64,000 nucleotides of DNA from Okamejei kenojei (lineage: Eukaryota): the NCBI GenBank assembly GCA_035221665.1, contig CM069154.1:31062001-31126000 (forward strand), given 5' to 3'. Position numbers and translations under genes: made by a program. The notes beneath the pieces were generated by a model that searched no databases, was not told the origin of the DNA, and saw only the letters and a list, made by a program, of their open reading frames with translations. Below are positions 53,847-64,000 of the stretch, one piece after another (position 1 is the first letter of the stretch; each line of letters starts with the position of its first letter).

Positions 53847-55616
53847 CTAAAGGAAAAGCATAACATCACAAATTCAAACCATATCAATATAAAGGAACAC
53901 AAATAAGGCGCTACTTAGGAGTCTTTTATGGACAAATATCTCGAATTGTACAGAAAATTGTGCAACGTTTAAAATAAACATGGCTCATTTATATCCTCTT
54001 ATATAAAAATGTGTTCTATTTCCTCAAATAAAGTCAATACAAATACATTACTTAGTTTTAACTATTCCAATGGCTCAGGTTTAACCAATATTTTACATGT
54101 TCTTCACATTAATCAAATGAGGTGCACTGATGAGTTTGCCCATACCCCCCCCCCCCCCCTCGATTCTTTGCTGCAAGTATTATCCCTCTCCAACCACAGG
54201 CCATTTCCTCCAGTGAATGCCTCTGCCACTTGCCATCAAGCTCAGGAGCAGGATAAGAAAAACTCCCAATTCCTCTATTTCCACACCATCAACAAATCAC
54301 AGGCATTTATATTAAATGAATTTGGGGCAAAAGACAGAAGCAAACTCAGCGGGTTATATTAATACGGATTGAATTAGCAGTGTTATTCTTGGAGACATAA
54401 GAGAATTAAAGTGCAGGAATTTGAACCAAGAAACAAGCTGCTGGATGAACTCAGCGGGTCAAGCAACATCTGTGGAAGCAAAGGGGCAGTCAATGTCTCG
54501 GGTCAAGACACCTAATCAGGTGAAGGCTATATTGATTCAGCTATTATATAAATACATGGGTAAATAAATACATGGGCAACTGTACAAGGTAAGTAATAAG
54601 ACCATTCATAAGTGGTTGTAGCTGAAATGTTTCTTCATTATAAGATATTAGGTTGGTTAGGTACAAGGGGATTTGCAATGTAGTAGGTAAAATGTTATCA
54701 GAGCCAGGCGTGGAGTGCAAACATTGGCGTTGGTTGTTGTTTTCATGTTGCAGATCTATTTGTATGCATTTAGAAGTAATCTGCAAAAATCTAATCCATG
54801 TTCAAGAGCAATCTTGGCTACTTGTGTTTCAAATTTCCTCCATTTTAGAACATCCTAATTTGACAGTCAGATATTCATTTCAAGAGCTCCTGTTATTTTC
54901 CTTTTTTGGTGGGGTGGGGGCAACAATATTTCGCTCAGTGAAGAAATGTATCTTTTTATACAATAATGTACTTTCCATTGTCTATCTATTTGTCTTTTTC
55001 AAGTTCCTACATTAATGCAGAAAGACATTCTTGTGCTGCAGTTTTGTGCTCAGAAATTGGATTTCCCAGATCTACTGTATTTAAGAGTATTAGAGCTGAC
55101 AGAATTGATTAGTTACATCTATCCAAAATGGGTAAGATCCCAACAAAAAGCAACAGAGCAACCAAAAGTGCAAACAACGCTCCTTCCTTTCCAACATGTG
55201 TACATCCTTTAAGTTAGTTTTGCCATCCGCCACTTCATCTTAACATTTCAAATTGCCTATCTTGCTCTTCAAACTGATATACCAAGCATAATGAAAATCA
55301 GATTTTTTTCAATTTCCGGTTCTTCACTTAAAAAAATGTAAACTAAATTTATTAAGCAAAATGACATGATTAAATCATAATCATTGAAGTAGTAATATTT
55401 CTTTATGCTTTGAAGTTTCTGAAATGATTTAATGCATCTTCTATATTACTGTTGGTTATTTTTGATGGAAATGTTTAAAGCACAATAATAACAATAAATA
55501 AACCAATCTCACTTTACTGAAAGTCTCTCTGCAACCAAGTGAAGATATTTCTCAGAAGCCAACTGCTCATTTTAACACATTCCTAATAGGAAAAAAAATC
55601 AAGACGAAATACTGAC

Positions 55617-55738
55617 ATCTTGAGTCCAGTACGATACTCCAGTGGATCGCCGTTTCTCCCTGGGTCGTCGTCTTTCCCTTATTGACAGCTGTTTTTCATT
55701 AGAGTCTCTGTCATCTTCATTTACATTTTCAGAACCAC
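55617..55738 (-). CDS. PPP1R12B: MYPT2 coding exon, 122 nt, phase 1/0: (G)GSENVNEDD...LSIRERRRPREKRRSTGVSYWTQD
   Basis: Acceptor ttttttaaag| and donor |gtcagt. Contains the MYPT-family motif SIRERRRPxExRRxTG (second ROCK site). Confidence 0.95.
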
Positions 55739-57512
55739 CTTTAAAAAACAAAAAAATCGAACATGCGTCTATAATTCCTCAAAATACAGAACCTGTCAAA
55801 TATGCCAATTTAAATGATGCTATTTCACATGATTATGTATTGTGACTAAAGCTACCAATGCAATTGCAACTTCTCTTATACAATTAATGTCACAACGATG
55901 ATGACCGTGCAAAGGGAAATGGAGACGGCATTCACGAGCAAAATAAGACCAAAATAAATTGGTGGTGCAAATGTTGTTGGAAAGCAGGATTTGAAAGAAC
56001 CTCCGGAGCTGGGTGAAGTATCCTTGGTGTAAGAAATTAAATATTTCAATGCATCTTGATAATACAGCTTCCACCACTCAATATCCCAATATATATATAA
56101 TATCTGGTGTTCAATGGGTATATAGGTACAAGCTTAAATTAATAAAATTATCTTCAAACTTCAGCTGTCATCAAGAGGGTAAAGGCAGAAACAAAGGCAC
56201 AAAATGCTGGACACATTATAACTGAGGAAGAGAGAAAATCAGTTTTAAGTTGCAGAGAAAGAAGGGGAGCGTTAGACAGCACAAAGGGAATACCTCTGAT
56301 AGGGTGGAACCAAATGGATAAAAGTGGCAGATGGAGGCAGATTTTTTTTTTTTTGTTAGTGTATATTCTGAAATAAAGTGGAAGAGGGAATGACAATTAA
56401 TAACAAAACAGGAATTTAAAAAAAAAGCTTAGAACAGGAATGGCAATGAACTGGAGAAAAGCATTCTGCACTGGAGATTATCTTTTATGGAGGGGGTGAA
56501 ATTATCTATAATTTATCAATATCTTTCTCATTTACAGAGCCTTTGTTTTAAATATGCTTCAATCTCATGGCTTTTTCTGTATTGAAAATTTTGTCTCATT
56601 GCCCGTTTTGTTTTTGTATAAAAATAAATTCTTAGATTATGCATTGCATTCGACTTTACATGTTTTCACATGATTTTGCTTAACTTTTACACCATCAAAT
56701 TTTTATCATTATTTCTATTTATCCAGCTTGTGAGGATATCTTGCATTGTACACTTGTGATGAAGCTACCAACATTTTCTAGTTTCCTCTTGGCCTTTCAT
56801 TTGAATGTTGCTCTGATTCCCTGCACTTTTCCAAAAACGTCCCGTTTTCAGTCTTTCCAAATTTCACGTGCCAAATTTGCTTGCTCGTGTAATAGAAGCA
56901 TAGAAAACAGGTGCAGGAGGAGGCCATTCAGCCCTTCGAGCCAGCACCGCTATTCATTGTGATCATGGCTGATCGTCCCCAATCAATAACCTGTGCCTGC
57001 CTTCTCCTCATATCCCTTAATTCCACCAGCCACTAGAGCTCTATCTAACTCTCTCTTAATAGAAACAAACGTTTTGTTTTGCCTCCTGCAATACCACTTC
57101 CATGCGATGATCGAGATCACTCTGCAATTAAACTCTTAATATTAAACAGTTCTTCACCTCACCATGATTATGTTTTTACATCATTAAAAAACAAAATAAT
57201 TGTTTAAAGATTTAACCCATTTCAGTTGAAATTGAGGCAAAACAGTATGTTAAAGGCAAATCTTCAAAAGCGAGTGAGGGACTGGCTGTAAACTCTTGAT
57301 TTCATTAAGTAAATTAAAAATTTACATTTCAATTTTAAACGACAACTTTTTAGTGGAACATTTCTGTAGAACACTACAACAAAAAAGGCAAAAGTAGTGC
57401 ACTTGTGTTATTACACAATATTAAAACCTTTCCCTCCCACCCAAAAGTTCCTCAAAGCAATGTTAGGAGAAGAAAAATACAATTCCTTGATTGAGAGAAA
57501 TCTAAATATTAC

Positions 57513-57699
57513 CATTGCTCTCCATTTCTTTCGATAAAATCCTCGAGTGCGGAAGGTAAGATGGGGTTTGATCTAACATTCCATTCAGCTGGTTTTGTTG
57601 GATACTTGCATACAGCAAACTGTCTGATGTAGAAGGTGACACAAGAGATACAGTTGGACTATCTGACTGTGACGTACTCCGGGACTGGCGATATCCAGA
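57513..57699 (-). CDS. PPP1R12B: MYPT2 coding exon, 187 nt, phase 0/1: SGYRQSRSTS...SPSTSDSLLY...SKEMESN
   Basis: Polypyrimidine acceptor ttcttttctccttgtaaccag| and donor |gtaata. SPSTS..LY and KEM..N match human MYPT2 as recalled; phase fits both neighbours. Confidence 0.9.
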
Positions 57700-59944
57700 C
57701 TGGTTACAAGGAGAAAAGAAAAGCCTTGAAATTTTAGGATAAAATGTAGCAAATACAAACTGATTCAAAGACAATCTACCTTGCACATCCCCTTTCTAAG
57801 GTAATTGAAATTTCAATCCATTTAATAAATTGTAATTTGATGAAAATACTTCAGCTATATATACAATTGGATAGAATTTCAATTTTTCCTACATCAACGA
57901 TCTACTACATGCTAAACAAAATAATCTATCTTGCACCAATGCATTAGAATGGTATTTTAAAACATAATTTAAAACACAAATGATGTTTGAGAGGGATGAT
58001 TTGGTACAGTTTAATTAATCTAACCAAAAATGTTTCAATGAGTTTATCACAAAATTCAATAAAATCATGTCAATTCACCAACTGAGTATTTCAACTTTAA
58101 AATACTGGAAATGCTGAAGTATTACAAATAACTATTTGCTGATTAGGATGAAGATAGTTTGTGCCTAATGTTTTCAAATGTGTCCTTGCAGCCAAAAGTT
58201 TACTTTTAATTTTCTTCAAAGGTCACAAATCAGCTTACTTTGTGGAAAAGTGAAATAATGATCAATTCATCCAGGTATATATACGGATTTGGCTGCAGGT
58301 CTAAATGTTGGCACAATGCTCGTTTAAATTGGTACAAAGAGCCACAAACTAGCAGAATATGTTCAGGTGCAAAACTCATTAGAATACAGAACAATACAGC
58401 ACAGGAACAGTTTCTTCAAACTATGTTTTAATCTACAAGTAATGCAAGCAGAATATAAACAATTCAATAACAGCTCTATCTTTTTTGCAATATCCATGGC
58501 ATTTGACCTTTTGCACCAATCCTTAGTCTCTTGGAAATTAATTTCAATTCTCGCAATATCTAGTCACCCTGAATTTACAGCTGTACTTGTCAGCTTAGAT
58601 ATTTTAGTCCTCAATGCATTGTCTGCTGTCATGATTGCATCCAAAGTTTGGATCCAGCTAGTTTAGGTTTTTAAACTCATGGTTTATGACTCTTGAAACA
58701 ATTTTCTGCTTGTTACAATAAAATCAGCAGCAGTGAGAACAAATAAAACTAATGTCCACCATTGCCAAGCTATCAGAATAAGCAACCATCCTCTTAAATC
58801 TGGCATAGCAGTGAAATTAGAAAAAAAAGTAGAATAACAGTGCCACACAGTGGATTATGTAGCTATTGCATTGCTAAACCAAATGTAGAAGATTTATTTC
58901 ATCAGAATCCCAGTCTCAGCTAAAACATTTATTAATCTAAAGAAACTGAGAAAAATAACTGGAGCTAGGATTATTCTTCTAACAGTGAAGTATTCAAGAA
59001 ATGATTATAAAAATGTATACAAATTTATGAATGAAAGTAAGGTTTATTCATGGGTCATGATTAGTATTCTTTCCAACAAAAAAAAATCAAACAAATCGTG
59101 TTTGTTATCATGTTACTGTTCAAAGGAACTTTCTATATACTTATATTCGGTGCTACATTTGTTGTTGTGATGGAGAATAAACTTCCAAAGTACTTTGCTG
59201 GCTGTTAAATGTTTTGCCACATTTTAAAACGGCACGCAAAGTGCCATATAAAAATTAAAATTTTACTACTCATGACTGGGTATGTTCACCTTAAGAAAGG
59301 AGAAGATTTTTGGCCATATTTCAAAAAGACTGGCAGATATTGAAAAGAAATGCAAAGTAATTGGGAAAAGAATGAAAAGCACGTTATGATTTGTAATGCA
59401 ATCCCCAAAGGGGCAGCAGAAGCAGATTCAATATCAATTTTTAAAAGATCATTCGTGAATCTTGTTATGGGTTATAACAAGTCTTGTCGGGAAAAAACTA
59501 GGGTGTCGCTCAAAGCTATAGACTTGAGATTTATGAAAGATCTTTTAAAAATTGGTATTCAATCTGCTTCTGCTGCCATTTTGAGCACTGCATTACAGAT
59601 CATCAGCTATAAATAGTACGTACAAAGAACTACTTTTATTCCTTCTGTATTATATAATTTAATAATTCTCTCGAGATATATAGAAAATAAAAGATCACGG
59701 AAATAATGATAGCCCAAGTCTGAGTAGGTGCTGAATTTGTCACACAGCATGGAAACAGGTCCTTCAGCCCAACTTATCCATGCTGACCAAGATACTCCAT
59801 TTATACTAGTACCACCTGCCCACATTTGGTTCTTATCCCTTTAAATCCTTCCTATCCATAGGAACCTTTCCTATCCATTAAAAATTGGATGACTAAATGT
59901 TGCCGAGTCTCAGAGCATCATAAATCATTGACTGTAAAATGGTA

Positions 59945-61245
59945 GTGTAGAGAAAGCAGGGGGTCTACTGAAGGACTTGGACAGGTTGGGCGAGTGGGCA
60001 AAGAAGTGGCCATTGGAATGCAATGTAGCAAAGTGTGCAGACATGTATTTTGGTAGTAGGGAAAAAAGGCCTACTTCTAAATGGGGAGAGCATTCAGAAG
60101 TCGGAGGTACGAAAGGACTTGGGATGATGGTGCAGGATTCCCAAACGGTTAATTTCCAATCAGTAGTAAGGAAGGCAAATGCAATGTTAGCATTTATTTT
60201 GAGAGGACTAGAGTATAAAAACAGGGATGTAATGCTGAGGCTTTATAAGCCATTGATCATAGAAACATAAAAAGTAGGCGCAGGAGTAGGCCATTCAGCC
60301 CTTCGAGCTGGCACCGCCATTCAAAATGATCATGGCAGATCATCCAGAATCAGTACCCGGTTCCTGCTTTTCCCCCCATATCCCTTGACTTCATTAGTTT
60401 TAAGAACTATATCTAACTTGCTCTTGAAAACATCCAGTGAATTGGCCTCCGCTGCTTTGTGTCAGAAAATTCCACAGATTTACAACTCTCTGGATGAAAA
60501 AGCTTTTCCTCATCTCAGTCCTAATGGTCTACCCACTTATTCTTAAAACTGTAACCCCTTGTTCTGGATCCCACCATCTGGAACAATTTTCCTACATCTA
60601 GCCTGTGCAATCCCATAAGAATTTTATATGTTTTAATAAGAACCCCTCTCATCCTTCTAAATTCCAGTGAATATAAGCCCAGTCGCTCCATTCTTTTAAT
60701 ATAAGCCCAGTCAATCCATTTTTTAATACATGCCCAGTTGATCCATTCTTTAGATCACGTTTAGTATTGTCAGCAATTTTGGGCCCCATATCTGAGGAGG
60801 AACGTGCTGGCGTTGGAGAGGGTTCAGAGGAGGTTAACGCATGATGAGTGTTTGTCGGCTATGGGCCTGCATTTTCTGGAGTTCAGAAGGATGAGGGGAG
60901 CCTCATTGAAACTTACCATATAGTGACAGGGCAGGATAGAGTGGATGTTTCCACTACTGGGAGAGTCTAGGACTAGAGGTCACAGCTTCAGAATATAACG
61001 GAGATAAGGAGGAATTTTAGTCAGGGGATCGTGAGTCTGTGGAATTCATTGCCACAGGCAGCTGTGGCCAAGTCATTGGTACTTATAAGACAGAGATTAA
61101 CAGATAAATGATTGGTAAGGGTGTCAAGGGTTATGGGGAGAAGCAGGAGGCGTGTTGAGAGAGAAAGATAGATCAACCATGGTTGAATGGCAGAGTAGAC
61201 TCGATTGGCCGAATGGCCTACCTCTGCTTCCATGACTTATGAACT
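59945..61245 (+). mobile_element. CR1 fragment hosting a nested antisense CR1
   Basis: DRLGEWAKKW and VVRKANAMLAFILRGLEYKNRDVMLRLYK; the element resumes at ~60752 and runs through its 3' end. Confidence 0.85.
60258..60751 (-). mobile_element. Nested CR1 3' fragment inserted antisense in another CR1
   Basis: Same 3' end as the 19403 element (gcaggagtaggccattc.gcccttcgag). Confidence 0.85.
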
Positions 61246-61328
61246 TAGTGCAGACTAATAAAAGTGGTCATTGTGTCACTTCCCTTTTGTTTTCGCCCTA
61301 TTAGAACATTCAGGAATGTTGATGATAC

Positions 61329-61526
61329 CTCTTTCTCTTGAGTTCTACTCCATCTTTGTCTGTAGTCTTCTGCATCTTGTGATATTAATGGCTTTTCTTT
61401 TTCATCCTGCTTTTCTACATCTTGCTTTTCCTTTTCATCCTTCTCTTGTTGTTCCCGAGCTCGTCTTTCAGCACGAGAACGGCTGAATGTCTTCTCGGCT
61501 TCTTGCAGTTCTGTTAGCGTTACACC
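61329..61526 (-). CDS. PPP1R12B: MYPT2 coding exon, 198 nt, phase 0/0: GVTLTELQEAEKTFSRSRAERRAREQ...RWSRTQEKE
   Basis: Acceptor aaatcag| and donor |gtatca. The peptide matches recalled human MYPT2 GVTLTDLQEAERTFSRSRAERQAQEQ, which directly follows the inhibitory RRSTQ site. The upstream exon was not seen in the window. Confidence 0.95.
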
Positions 61527-63096
61527 CTGATTTAACAAACACATCTTCATATCAGCATACAAATAGTAGAAGCACAGTTTTAAAAAGTGAGCAATTGCGT
61601 AAATTAATAATGCATAATGGTTTAAAACACTTTGGGATTCAAATCTGACTAAGTCTAGACTGATGGGAGTGAAATTCCCCTTCAGCTTGGGAAAGGGTCC
61701 AAATGAACTTCTGATGGGAACAAGCTTACAATGCAAAAACTCTCAATTAAATGGCTTATTTCATGTAGAGGGGCTAGCAGCTGTAAATAAGAATTAATAA
61801 GCGTAAGGCACAGCATACAGACATCCCATTAGAATGCAATAGCTTACAGTATTTTATATATATATACGTTTAATTAATTCATGCAACATCTTTTGTATTC
61901 TTTGTATTTGCATTATATTTAAGCCATTTAATTGGGTGGGTTTTAATAAAACTGTTTCAGAGTTCCGAGCTGTACTGCTCTCGAGAGCTTTATCTGATTT
62001 TCCCCACCCAGACAGGTTTAGACAAAACTCAATAAAACAGCAACTGGAGAAACAAGTTTCTCTTCCTACAGATGCAGTGTGAATTCCTGCTCATCTTCAG
62101 CATTTTGTGTTTTTAAGACTAGTAAGACATTTTAAAACAAAGATAAGAATTTTTCACGTGCGATTTAGATTGGTTACGAGCCAGTGCGGAGCTGAAAGCC
62201 GAGGATCAATGGACAAATTGTTAGTGTGGATTACAGTTTATTTCTTGTTACCTTGATGGTCATTGAATAATGTGGATAATTAAGGGTTATTTAAAAAAGT
62301 TACCAGCATAATCCATTCAAAACTGCTAAATTAGTAAACTGATAGAATGTTCAAAGACAGCAACACTTTGCTTGGGAAGTAGTGTAGGAATATTTATTTA
62401 GATCACAATCCATCAGTGTTAAAATGGATGGCCAAAAATCCAAACCTTCATTATTTTAAAATGAAGGCAAACATCTTCAAACCTTAACTATTTGCAAAGA
62501 TTTTTATGTCGCATCTCAGCCCTGGCCATAAAGACGTTTTGTTCACAGCAAGAGACAAAAGATGGGTTTTTTTCCCCCATTGACAAAGTAATGCGGTATG
62601 CATGGTGCAAAGAATAATAAATCCCAGTAACTGTTATTAAAGCAAGATTGCAGAAGAAAACTGGCTATCTGGGATGTCCAGGTACATACTGTTTGGGAGA
62701 TTAGAGCAACATAAAAAAAGATGAAAATATGCACAGTAATGGGCAAATATTATTATAACGCATAACAGAAGAATTAGTAAGCTACTAATCAATAAGGAAA
62801 AATGCCAACGGTAGATCTGGGTTAGAAGAATAAGTGCTATCCGAAGGGAAAAGTCATACCTACAATATGTGATAAATTTAGAGGAGAGGTAAAATGCATG
62901 AGGGTCACCACAGCAGCTAAACTAAGACAGGAGAGAGAAAACCAATAGAATGGTGATGGAGTAGGAAAGAGACAGGAAGCTTATCTGGTGCAAGGACCAA
63001 CCTTGACAGAGTCTGCTTCTCAGCCTTTTGGCTAAGATCAACAGTGAGTTGGACACACATCTGTGAGAGGAGAGGAAGGACGACATGGTCTCTTTG

Positions 63097-63281
63097 GAAG
63101 GTAGACACAAAATGCTGGAGTAACTCAGCCGGTGAGGCAGCATATCTGGAGAGAAGGAATGGGTGACATTTGAAATGTCACCCATTCCTTCTCTCCAGAG
63201 ATGCTGCCTCACCCCCTGAGTTACTCCAGCATTTTGTGTCTACCTTCGATTTAAACCAGCATCTGCAGTTCCTTCCTACAT
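63097..63281. repeat. Inverted pair of Penelope-derived repeats forming a 151-bp palindrome
   Basis: 75-bp arms centred on 63172 with 3 mismatches. Confidence 0.9.
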
Positions 63282-63339
63282 AAGAGACAAATTATTTGTG
63301 GGACCAATCTAACACTCTTTTCAGCTTTTCTACAACCTG

Positions 63340-63660
63340 CTTGTGCTGTGACTTTGAGTGCCTCAGGAGCACAAAGGATTCAGAACAAGCTGAGGAGACA
63401 GTGAAGGACCTCAGCGAGGAGAACCCCTTCACCAGGAACCTCGGCATCAAGAAGGCCCTAGTGGAAAACTGAGGCCAAGAACATCTACTGCCACCACGAC
63501 TACCCGGTAAGGGGTACTTTGACATTACATTCAAGCACCCAGCAAGATTGGAGAAACTGCAACAGGACTTCCGGGAGAAGTGGAGCAAAGCTCCGCTGTT
63601 GCTGCTGAAGATGAAGCCATTCTTCACGCTTCTGACTCAGAAGGAATGTACGATTCCAAT
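63340..63660 (+). mobile_element. Degenerate L1/Tx1 ORF1 (ZCCHC3-like) fragment
   Basis: Frameshifted peptides AKNIYCHHDYP and GYFDITFKH...FREK.SKAPL.LL..KPFFTL, like Tx1-type ORF1 N-termini; locally GC-rich. Confidence 0.55.
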
Positions 63661-64000
63661 GCGATGTCAGGGCTTTCGCTTAACTTTTTTTCCCTGTTGC
63701 CAGCCGGGCAACCTTGACAGCTTTTTAGGTTGCCAAATGACAATTTAGGTGGTCATTTAAGACGGTTTGCATGACGCGTGCGATAATGTGCTCGGACGAA
63801 TTGCGTAGTTACCAGTCAGAATTATGCTCAATGAAACATTCACATATTATGTTCAAGAAGGAACTGCAGATGCTGGAAAATCAAAAGTAGACAAAAGTGC
63901 TGGAGAAACTCAGTGGGTGCAGCAGCATCTATGGAGCGAAGGAAAAAGGCAATGTTTCAGGCCGAAACCCATCAGTCTGAAGAAGGGTTTCGGCCCGAAA

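Noticed and set aside
4321-61526. Assignment to PPP1R12A (MYPT1)
   Set aside because: Despite the MYPT1-like RRSTGV motif, TFSRSRAER, RLSRL.SG, DYKKLYE.ALTEN, VLT.LKSDNQ and the M20 exon are MYPT2-type.

Overview
AT-rich vertebrate genomic DNA whose repeats (HE1-like V-SINEs, CR1, Rex1/Babar, Penelope-derived repeats, a Deu-SINE relic) point to a cartilaginous fish, probably a skate or ray. The window holds the 3' part of PPP1R12B (MYPT2, myosin phosphatase targeting subunit 2) on the minus strand. Ten coding exons were reconstructed with GT-AG boundaries and consistent phases, from GVTLTELQEAE (61526) to the leucine-zipper exon ending ...ISKLSK* (4321), followed by a putative 3' UTR. The 32-kb intron contains the alternative coding exon for the smooth-muscle small subunit M20. 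Most interesting observations: (i) an apparent relic of the MYPT2 isoform-B terminal exon carrying an in-frame TAG; (ii) a candidate 35-nt frameshifting exon that would remove the leucine zipper; (iii) an L1 3' fragment flanked by a ~0.9-kb direct duplication; (iv) many Penelope-derived repeats carrying minimal hammerhead-ribozyme-like cores, some as inverted pairs. Comparisons with human proteins are from memory and were not searched. Repeat boundaries are approximate. Most of the provided ORF track is noise or transposon debris.
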